Source of the DNA: Narcine bancroftii
Taxonomy: Eukaryota
Length of the DNA: 64,000 bases
NCBI RefSeq assembly: GCF_036971445.1
Contig: NC_091473.1
Location: 236,716,001 to 236,780,000, forward strand
Reading direction: 5' to 3'
Shown: positions 12,908 through 23,379 of the stretch, piece after piece
How the letters are laid out: each line of letters begins with the position of its first letter
How positions within the stretch are numbered: the stretch's first letter is position 1
The notes under the pieces: model-generated
The model's database searches: none
What the model was told of the DNA's origin: nothing
Seen by the model: the letters and a program-made list of their open reading frames with translations, nothing else
Position numbers and translations under genes: made by a program

Positions 12908-13784
12908 TGTTGGAATATAGGGGTTAATTAATCATATAAAATATGTAGAATATATGCTTATGTACTATTCAGTTTGTATACATGAATCCAGTACTATGTA
13001 ACAATTTAATATTTATCTCATGGTGAAGGGAAAGAGTAATGTAAGTAAGGGGCAGCCACAGTATGTAGCAAAGTTGGCTGGGCTGATTACAGTAGGTTTA
13101 GAATTGCCTGCTCCCAAAATACAAAAGAGAGAATAGGTAGGAAACAATTTAGTAGGAATGTTAAGGCAAAAGGAGGTGTTGATGAGCACAGGACACGATG
13201 GCCAGACAAGAACAAAGAGAATCCTGACAGAGACTGTCAGAAACAAAGAGAATGGAATAACTCAGTAAGAAGGCAGAAGGAGGTGTTGAGTAGAACAGAA
13301 GAACATGGCCAAATGAGAACAAAGAAATAATTAGAAATATCTGGGTATGAATTTGATTTCTGATCAAAACAACAGGATATTCTAGCCTTGAGGATTAAGA
13401 TGGGAGCTCTACACTCCAGATATCTGCAGAGCATGAAATTACTTGTGATAAATCTTATGCAAGAAATCTAGCAAAGAAAGCCAACTTTTGTTCTGTATGA
13501 TAATGAGATCTAGCAAAGGAAGCCAACTTTTGTTCTGTATGATAAGGTTGAGCTATATAAACTGTAGAGACTGGACAGTAGAGGTCAGTCTTGGGGAATA
13601 GCTCACTGTGCAGGTGACCTATGACCTAACGACTGAACCAGAGCTCTGTTAACCTTATTCTTGGGCTGTGTAATAAACTGATTGTTGAACCGAATATCTT
13701 CTCCTATCACTTCATTCAACGAGCATGCTGGACTCAGACGACATATAGACTAAATTGAGGGTAGGGTAAAGCCAGAGTCCGACA
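12908..13784 (+). mobile_element. Solo LTR (Gypsy-like), 877 bp, inserted in a PLE terminus
   Basis: TGTTGGA...TCCGACA inverted ends, 4-bp TSD GAGA (12904-12907/13785-13788), TATATAAA ~13555, AATAAA ~13672, ~37-bp internal direct repeat at 13467-13544; the host repeat resumes on both sides. Confidence 0.85.
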
Positions 13785-13927
13785 GAGACCAGCTAAGTTC
13801 CTCCAACATTTCTGTATTTTTATTAATCTACAGCTACATCCCACGTCCAGAATTGTTGCCTATCCATCGAAATAAATCGAGTGCATTTTTCAACAATGGT
13901 TTGTATGTCAATTTCTTATATACTTAC

Positions 13928-13991
13928 CTGTTCATGATCTGATAAATGGCCATGGCTCAAGATGGCAAAAAGAATAAGCAACAGGGTTTAT
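13928..13991 (-). other. Candidate internal exon of the minus-strand transcript
   Basis: cacAG|ATAAAC...GCCATGGCC...GAACAG|GTAAGTA in non-repeat DNA. Perfect donor and strong-Kozak ATG (MAIYQIMN), but weak pyrimidine tract. Confidence 0.35.
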
Positions 13992-14941
13992 CTGTGAGCA
14001 ATTACGGTAATTATATTGAGCAAATATTTTTCTCATCTATTACAGAGTGACAACATGTATTCCAGTCTAACAGTGATAAGGATCAGGTTTCCCATCAGTC
14101 AGTCTCTTCATATGATCAACATGTATTGTTAGACAGTTGTGTAATGACTGTAATCGCATTAGCTCATTACATCATTCCAGTACATCTGTTCGAGTCAAAG
14201 GATGCACAAATACACTGGAGATATGTTAATTGGTCGTGACAGTGAAAGACATCACCATGGTTCATTCATAAACTGCAAAAGTCTCACAAGCCATTGTGTT
14301 TCTGGATAAAACTGTACAAATATTCAGTCATTAGACATGCAATAATAAATCTTACAATAAAATAAATCAATTTTAACATTCTTCTCATTTTCACTCCTGA
14401 ATGAAATGGAAAAAAAAGGAAGTGAAGTCAAAATATGAAACATCCATAATCTTGCTTGTAGGTTTGCAGATTAAATAACAAAGTTTTTATTTTTGTTAAC
14501 TAGTATGGCTATACCTCCTGCTTTTGAATTATAGGATGCTGCCATTACTTGTCCTACAAGACACTCTTTAGTTTGTTATGTTCCACTTCAATTAGATGCG
14601 TTTCCTGCACAAATGCTACATCTATTTTTTCCTCCTTCAATAAATTTAGTAGCTTCTTCCTTTTAATTTGGTTATGTATTCCATTAATGTTTATAGTCAT
14701 GTCATTCAACATGGACTGAATTTTTTCAAGGGTTTAATCACATTTGTAATGAGTGGGTTGAAATATATTTTGAAAACTTTGATAGATGATTTCGCTGTAA
14801 GAAGGAAATGGGAACAACATTACATGCAACTTGGGCATGTACGAAAGTAAATACGATTTGAGAAGAATTAAATCAGATAATAAATAAAATTACAAAAAAT
14901 AACATACCAAAAAAATCGGAGATATTTCTTTTAAGTAACAT

Positions 14942-15268
14942 TCTTTTTCTTTTCTTTGGCTTGGCTTCGCGGACGAAGGTTTATGGAGGGGTATGTCCAT
15001 GTCTGCTGCAGGCTCGTTGGTGACTGACAAGTCACAGGCAGGCACAGTTGCAGCGGATGCAAGGGAAAATTGGTTGGTTGGGGTTGGGTGTTGGGTTTTT
15101 CCTCCTTTGTCTTTTGTCAGTGAGGTGGGGTCTGCGGTCTTCTTCAAAGGAGGTTGTTCCCCGCCGAACTGTGAGGCGCCAAGATGCACGGTTGGAGGCG
15201 ATATCAGCCCACTGGCGGTGGTCAATGTGGCAGGCACCAAGAGATTTCTTTAAACAGTCCTTGTACCA
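14942..15268 (-). mobile_element. RTE/BovB-like LINE 3' end (subfamily B), 5'-truncated
   Basis: Matches the 3' end of the 19679-20786 copy, has a (GAAA)n tail and shares diagnostic bases with 48734-49482. Confidence 0.92.
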
Positions 15269-15269
15269 T

Positions 15270-15830
15270 CGTCGGCAAAGAGTAGTTCACGGACATAAGA
15301 AATAGAGAATTAGGCCTCAAATTGGACAAAGTGCAAAAAAATTCATTATGATAGCTTTAGCGATATCAAAAAAAATGTATAATGTCAACTTGGAAAATGG
15401 AAGAGAGCATGAGTATTCAGCAATGGTACGTGGAAATGAATAACTGTATTCCATTGGAAAAAAATAACATAATTAAAAAAATAAAGTCACAATGTTTGAA
15501 CAAATTTGGGAACCATACATGGAACATATCAGAGAGTTTGCCTACGACCTCCATCCCCTAAAATGAGAATGAAAATGACTAGATTCAGTGTGTAATAAAG
15601 AGATGACTAATTTTTCTGTTTATTTTCCTTTGTGTGAAAATATTGTTTTATGGTTTTATTGTATTGTGTATGTTGAATATTTATGGGTTTTGGAGGGGGG
15701 TGTGTAGAGGGGAGGGAGGGAAAGGGGGAGAAAAGACCACTGTGTAAACTTAATGAGATACCTCTGTACATATTTTGGTTGATATGGTTCACAGTGTGAA
15801 AAATAAAAATTATATTAAAAAAAAGAAAAA
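15270..15830 (+). mobile_element. L1-like LINE 3' end
   Basis: WYVEMNNCIPLEK...MFEQIWEPYMEHI motif, G-rich UTR, AATAAA and poly-A. Confidence 0.7.
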
Positions 15831-15954
15831 ATGCAGTTAGTTTGCTTGAGAAGCCCTTTATAAATTAACATTTAAATGTTTTCATTTAAAATGATGAAGG
15901 ATAGGGTTCACAGGAATTAAAATTTGAAATAAAAACAAATAAATGCTAAATGTA

Positions 15955-16157
15955 GTCATCTAGCACATAACAGGCCCTTCTGGCCCTTGAGCTTATGCTG
16001 CCCCAATTACACCAAATTCTCCTACAACCCAAATACAGTTTTGGAAGGTGGGAGGAAACAGGAGCACTGGGAAGAAACCCACGCAGACATGGGGAGAATG
16101 TAAAAGCTCCTTATAGATGGCACTGGATTTTAACCCGGATCGCTGGCATGGTAACAG
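15955..16157 (-). mobile_element. tRNA-derived HE1/V-SINE-like element (5' part eroded)
   Basis: Reverse complement matches the V-SINE core ggagtttgtacattctccccatgtctgcgtgggtttc. Confidence 0.75.
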
Positions 16158-16654
16158 TCAAATATTAAGAATGAAGCATAATTTATTAAACGTAAGGAAT
16201 TTAAAACAAAGGTTAGAAAAGCATCTTTGTATAAATATTGAGACAATAGATTTCATATTGAGAATTAATAAAGTATAAACTATTATGTTCAAGATTACAT
16301 TGAAGAAATGACTGAAGGAAAATGGGTTAAAGGGAACAAACAGCTTTGTGATGGCGTAATGGTAATATTCCGAGCCAGACAAGGGAACTCAAAGAAATAA
16401 ATTTATATTGAATTAATATTGAAGAAGTTCAGTTAATTATTTAAACCTTTAATGAAATGTTTTTGCAATCATACATTTCAAATGTAGCTGTTGAATCTAC
16501 TTAAAATCTGGGTATGAAAAGTAAAAAAAAAACGACCAAAGAAAAGGAAGGCAAGATTGTTCTTTGGTTACTAAACAACAGGAATTATGTCATTTAAAAT
16601 GTTCAGAAGAGATTAAGTTAGCAGCATAGCTTCTAAGCCGATTATTCTTCCACT

Positions 16655-16909
16655 TATTTATTTATTTTTATTTAGACATACAGCGTGATAACTGGTCCTT
16701 CTGGCTGATGAGCCCGTGCTGACCAACTACACCCAATTACCCTACAATTAATCTATGTTTGAAAAGTCAGGGGAAACAGAGCACCCAGAGGAAACCCATG
16801 CAGGTCACGGGGAGAACGTACTAACTTCTTGCAGAAAGAGCTGGATTCAAATCCTGGTTACTGGCTCTGTAACATGGTTGTGCTAACCGCTACACGATCC
16901 ATGCTGCCC
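16655..16909 (-). mobile_element. tRNA-derived HE1/V-SINE-like element
   Basis: GGGCAGCATGG head with A/B-box remnants, V-SINE core, CR1-like tail and (TAAA)n. Confidence 0.8.
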
Positions 16910-17369
16910 TTGGGTCAACATTGAGAGTAATGGAATTATGGACATTATGGTAAAATCTGAGTCGTATAAAAAAATTAAATGGCTCAAATGTAGAAACCAT
17001 AAATAGTGAAAAATTATACTTGGAGAATTCACATGAAGGGTAACACTAAGCTAGGATAGGAAAAGAAGATAGTGAGGGAGGTAAAAATAAAGGTCAAGGG
17101 AGGAAGGTGGCATGAGACGTACAAAGTAATGAGTCTGAAGGCATGGTAAAAGAGATGGAAGATGCAGATGCTTTAAAACTTGAGCAAACAATTAACTGCT
17201 GGAGGAACTCAACATGTAACACAGGATCCATGGGTAGAAAAACACTTCAGGACAAGAATCTCGACTCAAAACGCTACCCATAGATGCTACCTGACCTGCT
17301 GAGTTCCTCCAGCTTCTCTTTTTTTTTGGGTGGTGAAGAAGACAAATGAAATTCTGACATTCTTTTCAA

Positions 17370-17925
17370 GAACAATGTTGAGTCTTTGGAAGGCACTGGT
17401 AAGACCTCATGAGCCGTATTGAGCCCCTCGTTTAAGAAAGGATGCGCTGATGTGAGAGAGAGTTCAGAGGAAGTTCACAAGGATGATTCTGTAAATGAAA
17501 ACTTTTATGAGGACAATTTGGCAGGCCTTGGCCTGTACTCATTGGAATTTAGGAGAATGAGGGGGTTTCTCATTGAAACATTTCAAATGTGGGAAGTCAT
17601 GGACAAATATAGAAAAGTTGTTTCCCATGGTGGGAGAGCCTCAGACAAGAGGGTACAACTCCAGGATTGGGCATCAACTTTGAACAGAGATTTGGAGAAA
17701 TTTCTTTAGCAAGAGTGTGAAGAATTAATGGAGTTTGTTGCCACAGGCGATATTGAAGGCTAAGTAATGTGGGTGCACTTAAAGGAGATTTTGATAAATT
17801 CTTAATTAGCCAGGGCATCACAGGTTATGGGGAGAAGGCTGGAGAAGTGGGGCTGAGTGGAAAAATGAATTAGCTCATGATTGATTGTCGAGACAGATTG
17901 AATAGCCTATTTCTGCTCCTTTGCC
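17370..17925 (+). mobile_element. CR1 LINE 3' part
   Basis: YEDNLAGLGLYSLEFRRMRG motif and CR1-type 3' UTR. Confidence 0.8.
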
Positions 17926-18089
17926 AAGTTAAGTCATCTTTATCAATCATACCCCATGTTTGCACGGTAAAGAAGAGATAGCTGTTTGCACGGTAAAGAA
18001 GAGATAGCGTTTCTCCAGGACCATGGAGCATATTTACATCAATATAAATTAAAGTTAAACACATTGAAATATTACAGATATTAAGATGT

Positions 18090-18826
18090 ATACAGTAGAA
18101 GTCCAGGGTCCACTATCCACATACGTTCTGAGAATCCAGGAGCCTAATGACTTGGGGGGAAAAACTGTTGCCCCATCTGGATGTAAGGACCTATATGCTA
18201 CGGTTCCTCCTACCAGATGGCAGAAGGAAGAACAGTTTACATGAGGGATGTGTGGAGTCCTTCACAATATTTACTGCCTTTTACCTGCATCAAGTGTTGT
18301 AGATGTCCTTCATGGTAGGAAGAGCCCCCAATGATCTTTTCCATTGACTTAACTATTTTCTGGAGGGTCTTGCGGTCTGAGTAGGTACAGCATCCAAACC
18401 AGGTGGTGAAGCAGTTGCACAGGATTCTCAATACATCTTCTGTAGAATGTAGTGAGGCTGGAGGTTGGGAGATGAACTTTCCTCAGCCTTTAAAGGAAGT
18501 AAAGGCTATGTGTTAAGGGACCAGGTGAGATTCTCGGCTAAGTGCACTCCAAGAATTTGGCTAAGTGCACTCCAAGAACTTGATTCTCTTGATTGAGCCA
18601 TCAAAGATCAATGGAGTGTGGTTCCCCCAGGCCCTCCTGAAATCAACAACCATCTCTTTTGATTTATTAATGTTCAGATACAAGTTGTTGGCTCTGCACC
18701 AGTCTGTTAGCAACTGTACCTCATCTCTGTACGCTGACTCCTCATTATTACCAATAAGGCCCACCACAGTCACTTCATCAGCAAACTTGATGATATGGTT
18801 CGAGCTGTGTTTAGCTGCACAGTCTT
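18090..18826 (-). mobile_element. Rex1/Babar-like LINE RT fragment
   Basis: IIKFADEVTVVGLIGNNEESAYRDEVQLLTDWCRANNLYLNINKSKEMVVDFRR. Confidence 0.85.
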
Positions 18827-19111
18827 AACATCTTGTGGTTTATTTGAGCTACTGAAGCAACTTGGTGGGTCAAGCAACATCTGTGAAGAAAATGGACAAT
18901 CAAAATCCTTCCTCTGGACTGGTAGACATTGCTCACAGGGCTGAATTTTTTTTTTGTTCTTTCTGCCCTAGTTCAGATTTCAAACATGTGCAGTATTTTG
19001 TTTGTTGTTATGGACCATGGACTGACCTTTTGGACTGTATTTTTGGATTGGCTTACTTGACCAGGCTTTTTATAAATATATCTGTATATTTACTATTAGT
19101 AAATATAGTAG

Positions 19112-19680
19112 TTTCATGGCTTGGTTCAGCATCATGCTGAAGAAGATTGAAAAGAGGGTTGGTGCCAGAACACAGCCTTGCTTCACGCCATTGTTAATGG
19201 AGAAGGGTTCAGAGAGCTCATTGCTGTATCTGACCCGATCTTGTTGGTTTTCGTGCAGTTGGATAATCATGTTGAGGAACTTTGGGGGACATCCGATGCG
19301 CTCTAGTATTTGCCAAAGCCCTTTCCTGCTCACGGTGTCGAAGGCTTTGGTGAGGTCAACAAAGGTGATGTAGAGTCCTTCGTTTTGTTCTCTGCATTTT
19401 TCTTGGAGCTGTCTGAGGGCAAAGACCATGTCAATAGTTCCTCTGATTGCGCGAAAGCCGCACTGTGATTCTGGGAGAATATTCTCGGCGACACTAGGTA
19501 TTATTCTATTTAGTAGAATCCTAGCGAAGATTTTGCCTGCAATGGAGAGCAACGTGATTCCCCTGTAGTTTGAGCAGTCTGATTTCTCGCCTTTGTTTTT
19601 GTACAGGGTGATGATGGTGGCATCACGAAGATCCTGAGGCAGTTTACCTTGGTCCCAACAAAGCTTGAAAAACTCATGCA
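19112..19680 (-). pseudogene. RTE ORF2 reverse transcriptase N-terminal half (inverted segment)
   Basis: LPQDLRDATIITLYKNKGEKSDCSNYRGITLLSIAGKIFARILLNR...ESQCGFR...FVDLTKAFDTV...GVKQGCVLAPTLF, with no stops. Confidence 0.92.
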
Positions 19681-20786
19681 ACAATGAAGACGCTGTTTAC
19701 ATCCGGTACCGCACGGATGGCAGTCTCTTCAATCTGAGGCGCCTGCAAGCTCACACCAAGACACAAGAGAAACTTGTCCGTGAACTACTCTTTGCAGACA
19801 ATGCCGCTTTAGTTGCCCATTCAGAGCCAGCTCTTCAGCGCTTGACGTCCTGCTTTGCGGAAACTGCCAAAATGTTTGGCCTGGAAGTCAGCCTGAAGAA
19901 AACTGAGGTCCTCCATCAGCCAGCTCCCCACCATGATTACCAGCCCCCCCACATCTCCATCGGGCACACAAAACTCAAAACGGTCAACCAGTTTACCTAT
20001 CTCGGCTGCACCATTTCATCAGATGCAAGGATCGACAATGAGATAGACAACAGACTCGCCAAGGCAAATAGCGCCTTTGGAAGACTACACAAAAGAGTCT
20101 GGAAAAACAACCAACTGAAAAACCTCACAAAGATAAGCGTATACAGAGCCGTTGTCATACCCACACTCCTGTTCGGCTCCGAATCATGGGTCCTCTACCG
20201 GCACCACCTACGGCTCCTAGAACGCTTCCACCAGCGTTGTCTCCGCTCCATCCTCAACATCCATTGGAGCGCTTACATCCCTAACGTCGAAGTACTCGAG
20301 ATGGCAGAGGTCGACAGCATCGAGTCCACGCTGCTGAAGATCCAGCTGCGCTGGATGGGTCACGTCTCCAGAATGGAGGACCATCACCTTCCCAAGATCG
20401 TGTTATATGGCGAGCTCTCCACTGGCCACCGTGACAGAGGTGCACCAAAGAAAAGGTACAAGGACTGCCTAAAGAAATCTCTTGGTGCCTGCCACATTGA
20501 CCACCGCCAGTGGGCTGATAACGCCTCAAACCGTGCATCTTGGCGCCTCACAGTTTGGCGGGCAGGAACCTCCTTTGAAGAAGACCGCAGAGCCCACCTC
20601 ACTGACAAAAGGCAAAGGAGGAAAAACCCAACACCCAACCCCAACCAACCAATTTTCCCCTGCAACCGCTCCAATCGTGTCTGCCTGTCCCGCATCGGAC
20701 TTGTCAGCCACAAACGAGCCTGCAGCTGACGTGGACTTTTTACCCCCTCCATAAATCTTCGTCCGCGAAGCCAAGCCAAAGATAAG
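19114..20786 (+). mobile_element. RTE/BovB-like LINE with 5' inversion
   Basis: 11-bp TSD ATATAGTAGTT (19103-19113/20787-20797); 19114-19680 is antisense RT and 19679-20786 is sense RT-to-3' end. Confidence 0.95.
19679..20729 (+). pseudogene. RTE ORF2 RT C-terminal half to stop codon (5'-truncated; catalytic motif reads FADN)
   Basis: YRTDGSLFNLRRL...LLFADNAALVAHS...FTYLG...QLRWMGHVSRM...C-terminal Cys/His motif; open frame. Confidence 0.92.
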
Positions 20787-21003
20787 ATATAGTAGTTATT
20801 AATAAATATAGTTAAAATTTAACCCTTTTGTATTCTGGTGGTTTGGAGCATAATAAAGAGGGGGATCGTCCAAAGGTACAAACAAATTTGTTAGCTTCAA
20901 TTGATTAGTGATCAATCGGTTGAGTCTGAATCAAGCTGTAGCATAGTAATTGGTGGAATTCCAGTCTGGTCTTGGAAATTCCTTTGATAAAAATAACTAA
21001 AAG

Positions 21004-21007
<4 letters not shown>

Positions 21008-21046
<39 letters not shown>

Positions 21047-21049
21047 GTG
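21008..21049. repeat. (GT)n microsatellite
   Basis: Directly visible. Confidence 0.97.
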
Positions 21050-22699
21050 AAATCAACAGCAACAAACCAGCAGCCACGGATATAGAGAGATCTCTTTGAG
21101 AATTTTAAAAAGGCTAAAAAAAAGCACAAGTTTGTGACTATTGCCAACAAATTTACAATTGCTTCAGTAGAACAAGTGAGAAAGGTGGAGATTGGGAGGA
21201 AAATTGCAAAATACTACAGGAAACAGGAAATTTTGACAAATATTGTTAGAACAATTTCCCAAGAGTAAATTTTCTGAGAAAGTACAGTTGGAATTAAAGA
21301 GATTAAAAATGGAACAGGAGGAATGAGAAATAGAAGCAGAGGAGAAACATGATCCATTGGTCTTTTTGGGTAAAATTAAAAATAAGAATAGAGGCTTTTT
21401 AAATTGGAGTTTAATTTTACAAGAGTATGATTTGATGATAACATACATAAGGTGAAAGGACAATGTGATAGCCAATTGTCTGTCCAGATGCTAACCTTTG
21501 TAAATTAAATTACTTACTGTGTGCGTTTGCTTTATATTTTGGTTGTGACACTTTAATTAATTACTAACATTTTGTTCTTGCAGACCAACATTTTCTTTGT
21601 GGTTGGGAGGAGTTATGGACTTTTGGACTGTGAACTGTCACTTTAAAGGATGAATTTCTACTGAGAATTGTGTAACATTGATTGTGGCACAGTTCAGTGC
21701 TGGTTTGCCAAGGTCGAGCTATGCAGATAATAAGAGAGGAATGCATTAATTGCTGAGGAGGAGGAGATGATCCCGATTGCTGAGGCAGAGAAAGAGAGAG
21801 AGTTCAGTGGAGCAGCCAGGAGAATACACAGAGACAGAGTTGAGAACAGTTCTGGCTGACTGAATATGAGTGTGACAAAAAGGTCTCTTTGAGGCTGCAG
21901 TTTCAGAAGGAAATTGTGGAAAGCTGTGTGAAAGGCACAGGCTTCATAAGTGTGGTGATTAAAAAAAAAACCTTGAAGAAACCTGCAAAGGATTTGTAAG
22001 TTTATTGCCAAGCAACATCAGTCATTTCTCTCTCTCTCCAGCGTTCATTCTACACTCATTTTGTTATCAATTGAAGAACTGAACTTGGACATTGAACTAT
22101 GAGAGTGAATTCTGTGGACTGTATTTTTGGACTGACTTACTTGACTGGACTGACCTAGGGTTTTGGGGGATGTTTCCTTTTGTTCTTGAATATTGGAGAT
22201 CGACTGTAATGGTCTGGTGTATCCCCCCCACCACATACACTTTATTTATAAAAAATATTTGTATATTTACTATTAAAGGCATATAGTGGGGTTAATTTGG
22301 GCAAGATATATTGTGAAGTTATTAATGAATATAGTTAAAATTTAACCCTTTTGTATTCACAAGATCACAAGCCCATCCAGTCTGCTCCGCGAATCCACCC
22401 TGAGCTAAACTGTTCTCGCTTCCAGTTCCAATTTCCTGCCTTTTCCCCAAATCCCTTGACCTGTCAAATTCCACCCCCGCCCCCCCCACCCAACTTTAAA
22501 CTCCCTCCACAGCTGTATGTGCCAACAAATTCTTGTTGGGTTGGGGGCACATGTCTCAAGACCAGCTACTTTTCCCACACTTTTCCATTTTAAGACTTTG
22601 CATTTGTAGTACAAATTATTATAAATAGCATCCCTTCAAGGGGGGGGGGGGGGCTGTCTTGATCACCAAGGATGATCATGTCCAGTCTCACTGAGCATC

Positions 22700-23335
22700 C
22701 TGAGTTGGTCACTAGGCAACAGTAAGCGAGCACCGCAATCATCGATCGACGCTGCCGGGTGGACTGGTTCGATTACTTCGCCTGGGTGTGTTTACCTCAG
22801 GACGCGCGAGCTGGATGATGAGCGTGTGATTTGAAGCGAGAGGAGGCGCAGAGGGCCTGGGTCGTCGACGATGACAAACGGTAATTGCTCCAACCTCCCC
22901 GTCCACGGGGGTCCCTCGGCCGGCGTGGGCTCGGACGCCTCAGCGAGGCCGGGCTTGAGGACGTGGCCATTCGGGAGAGTTAGGCCTCGGCAGTGAGGAG
23001 CTGGCAGATTGGAGGGCGGGGCGGGTGGGGTGCAGCGAGCTGAGCCGCCGGCTCTCCGACCCCGGGTCGTGCTTGGCAGAGGCGCGGTCGCGACCGTCGG
23101 TCTCGGGTGTTGGTGGGGCCGGGAAACCAAATTGAAGGGCTGCGTGACGGCGGTTGAGTGGCAGCTGTCTCGACCAATCAACAAGCGGCCTGCTTCAACC
23201 CGGTCCTCTTGGACCAATGGCTGAGCCCACGGCTGGGAGGGCGGTGTCAATTTGCAATGTCCCTTTCATCGCACCTTTGCAAGAGAGAACTGCTTGAAAT
23301 CAATTTGGGAAAGGCAAAGGGAGAGATTGGATGCA
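22700..23335. promoter_or_regulatory. CpG-island promoter (probably drives a minus-strand transcript, possibly bidirectional)
   Basis: Clearest GC-rich, CpG-retaining non-repeat stretch in the window. It contains CCAAT boxes (GACCAATCA ~23172, GACCAATGG ~23212, GATTGG ~23007 and ~23325), tandem GC boxes GGGCGGGGCGGG ~23014, a TGACG half-CRE ~23145, an RFX X-box-like GTCACTAGGCAAC ~22708-22720 and a minus-strand donor GAG|GTAAAC at 22796/22795. Confidence 0.8.
22796..22990 (-). other. Candidate first exon of a minus-strand transcript (5' boundary unknown), carrying a 57-aa ORF at 22970-22797
   Basis: Lies in the CpG island and ends at donor CTGAG|GTAAAC. The ATG at 22970 gives MATSSSPASLRRPSPRR...HHPARAS*, stopping 1 nt before the donor. 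No recognisable homology. Confidence 0.4.
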
Positions 23336-23379
23336 AGCCTTGACCAAATAAATACTTGCATTGGGTTTGGTTTAAAAAA

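Larger units (their letters stand above)
18920..22358 (+). mobile_element. Internally deleted Gypsy LTR retrotransposon (Gmr1-type), with its 5' LTR interrupted by an RTE insertion
   Basis: The LTR 3' segment is repeated (19010-19113 plus 20798-20835 versus 22130-22358). It has a degenerate tRNA-Pro PBS GGGGGATCGTCC at 20860-20871, a gag-like remnant ~21260-21350, an RNase H C-terminus WSLILQEYDLMITYIR*KDNVIANCLSRC* at 21405-21494 and a PPT GGGAGGAG ~21605. Confidence 0.65.

Noticed and set aside
11280-14290. Intronic snoRNA or miRNA in the unique stretches
   Set aside because: I could not find a convincing box C/D pair with terminal stem or a recognisable mature miRNA; an Infernal/Rfam scan would be needed.
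19665-20729. Functional 354-aa RT gene or domesticated ORF
   Set aside because: It is 5'-truncated, its start is created by the inversion junction (TTG), and the catalytic motif reads FADN instead of FADD.
20281-20779. Recurrent ORFs MAWLRGRR..., MASRTKIY..., MVPATLTT..., MHGLRRYQ... (also at 15, 33, 44, 49 and 50 kb) as a multigene family
   Set aside because: They are alternative or antisense frames of the same RTE 3' end and recur only because the element is repeated.
22792-23250. 152-aa ORF as a host protein
   Set aside because: Non-ATG start, spans promoter motifs, low-complexity GC-driven composition, no recognisable domain, and it hits a stop on splicing to the next candidate exon.
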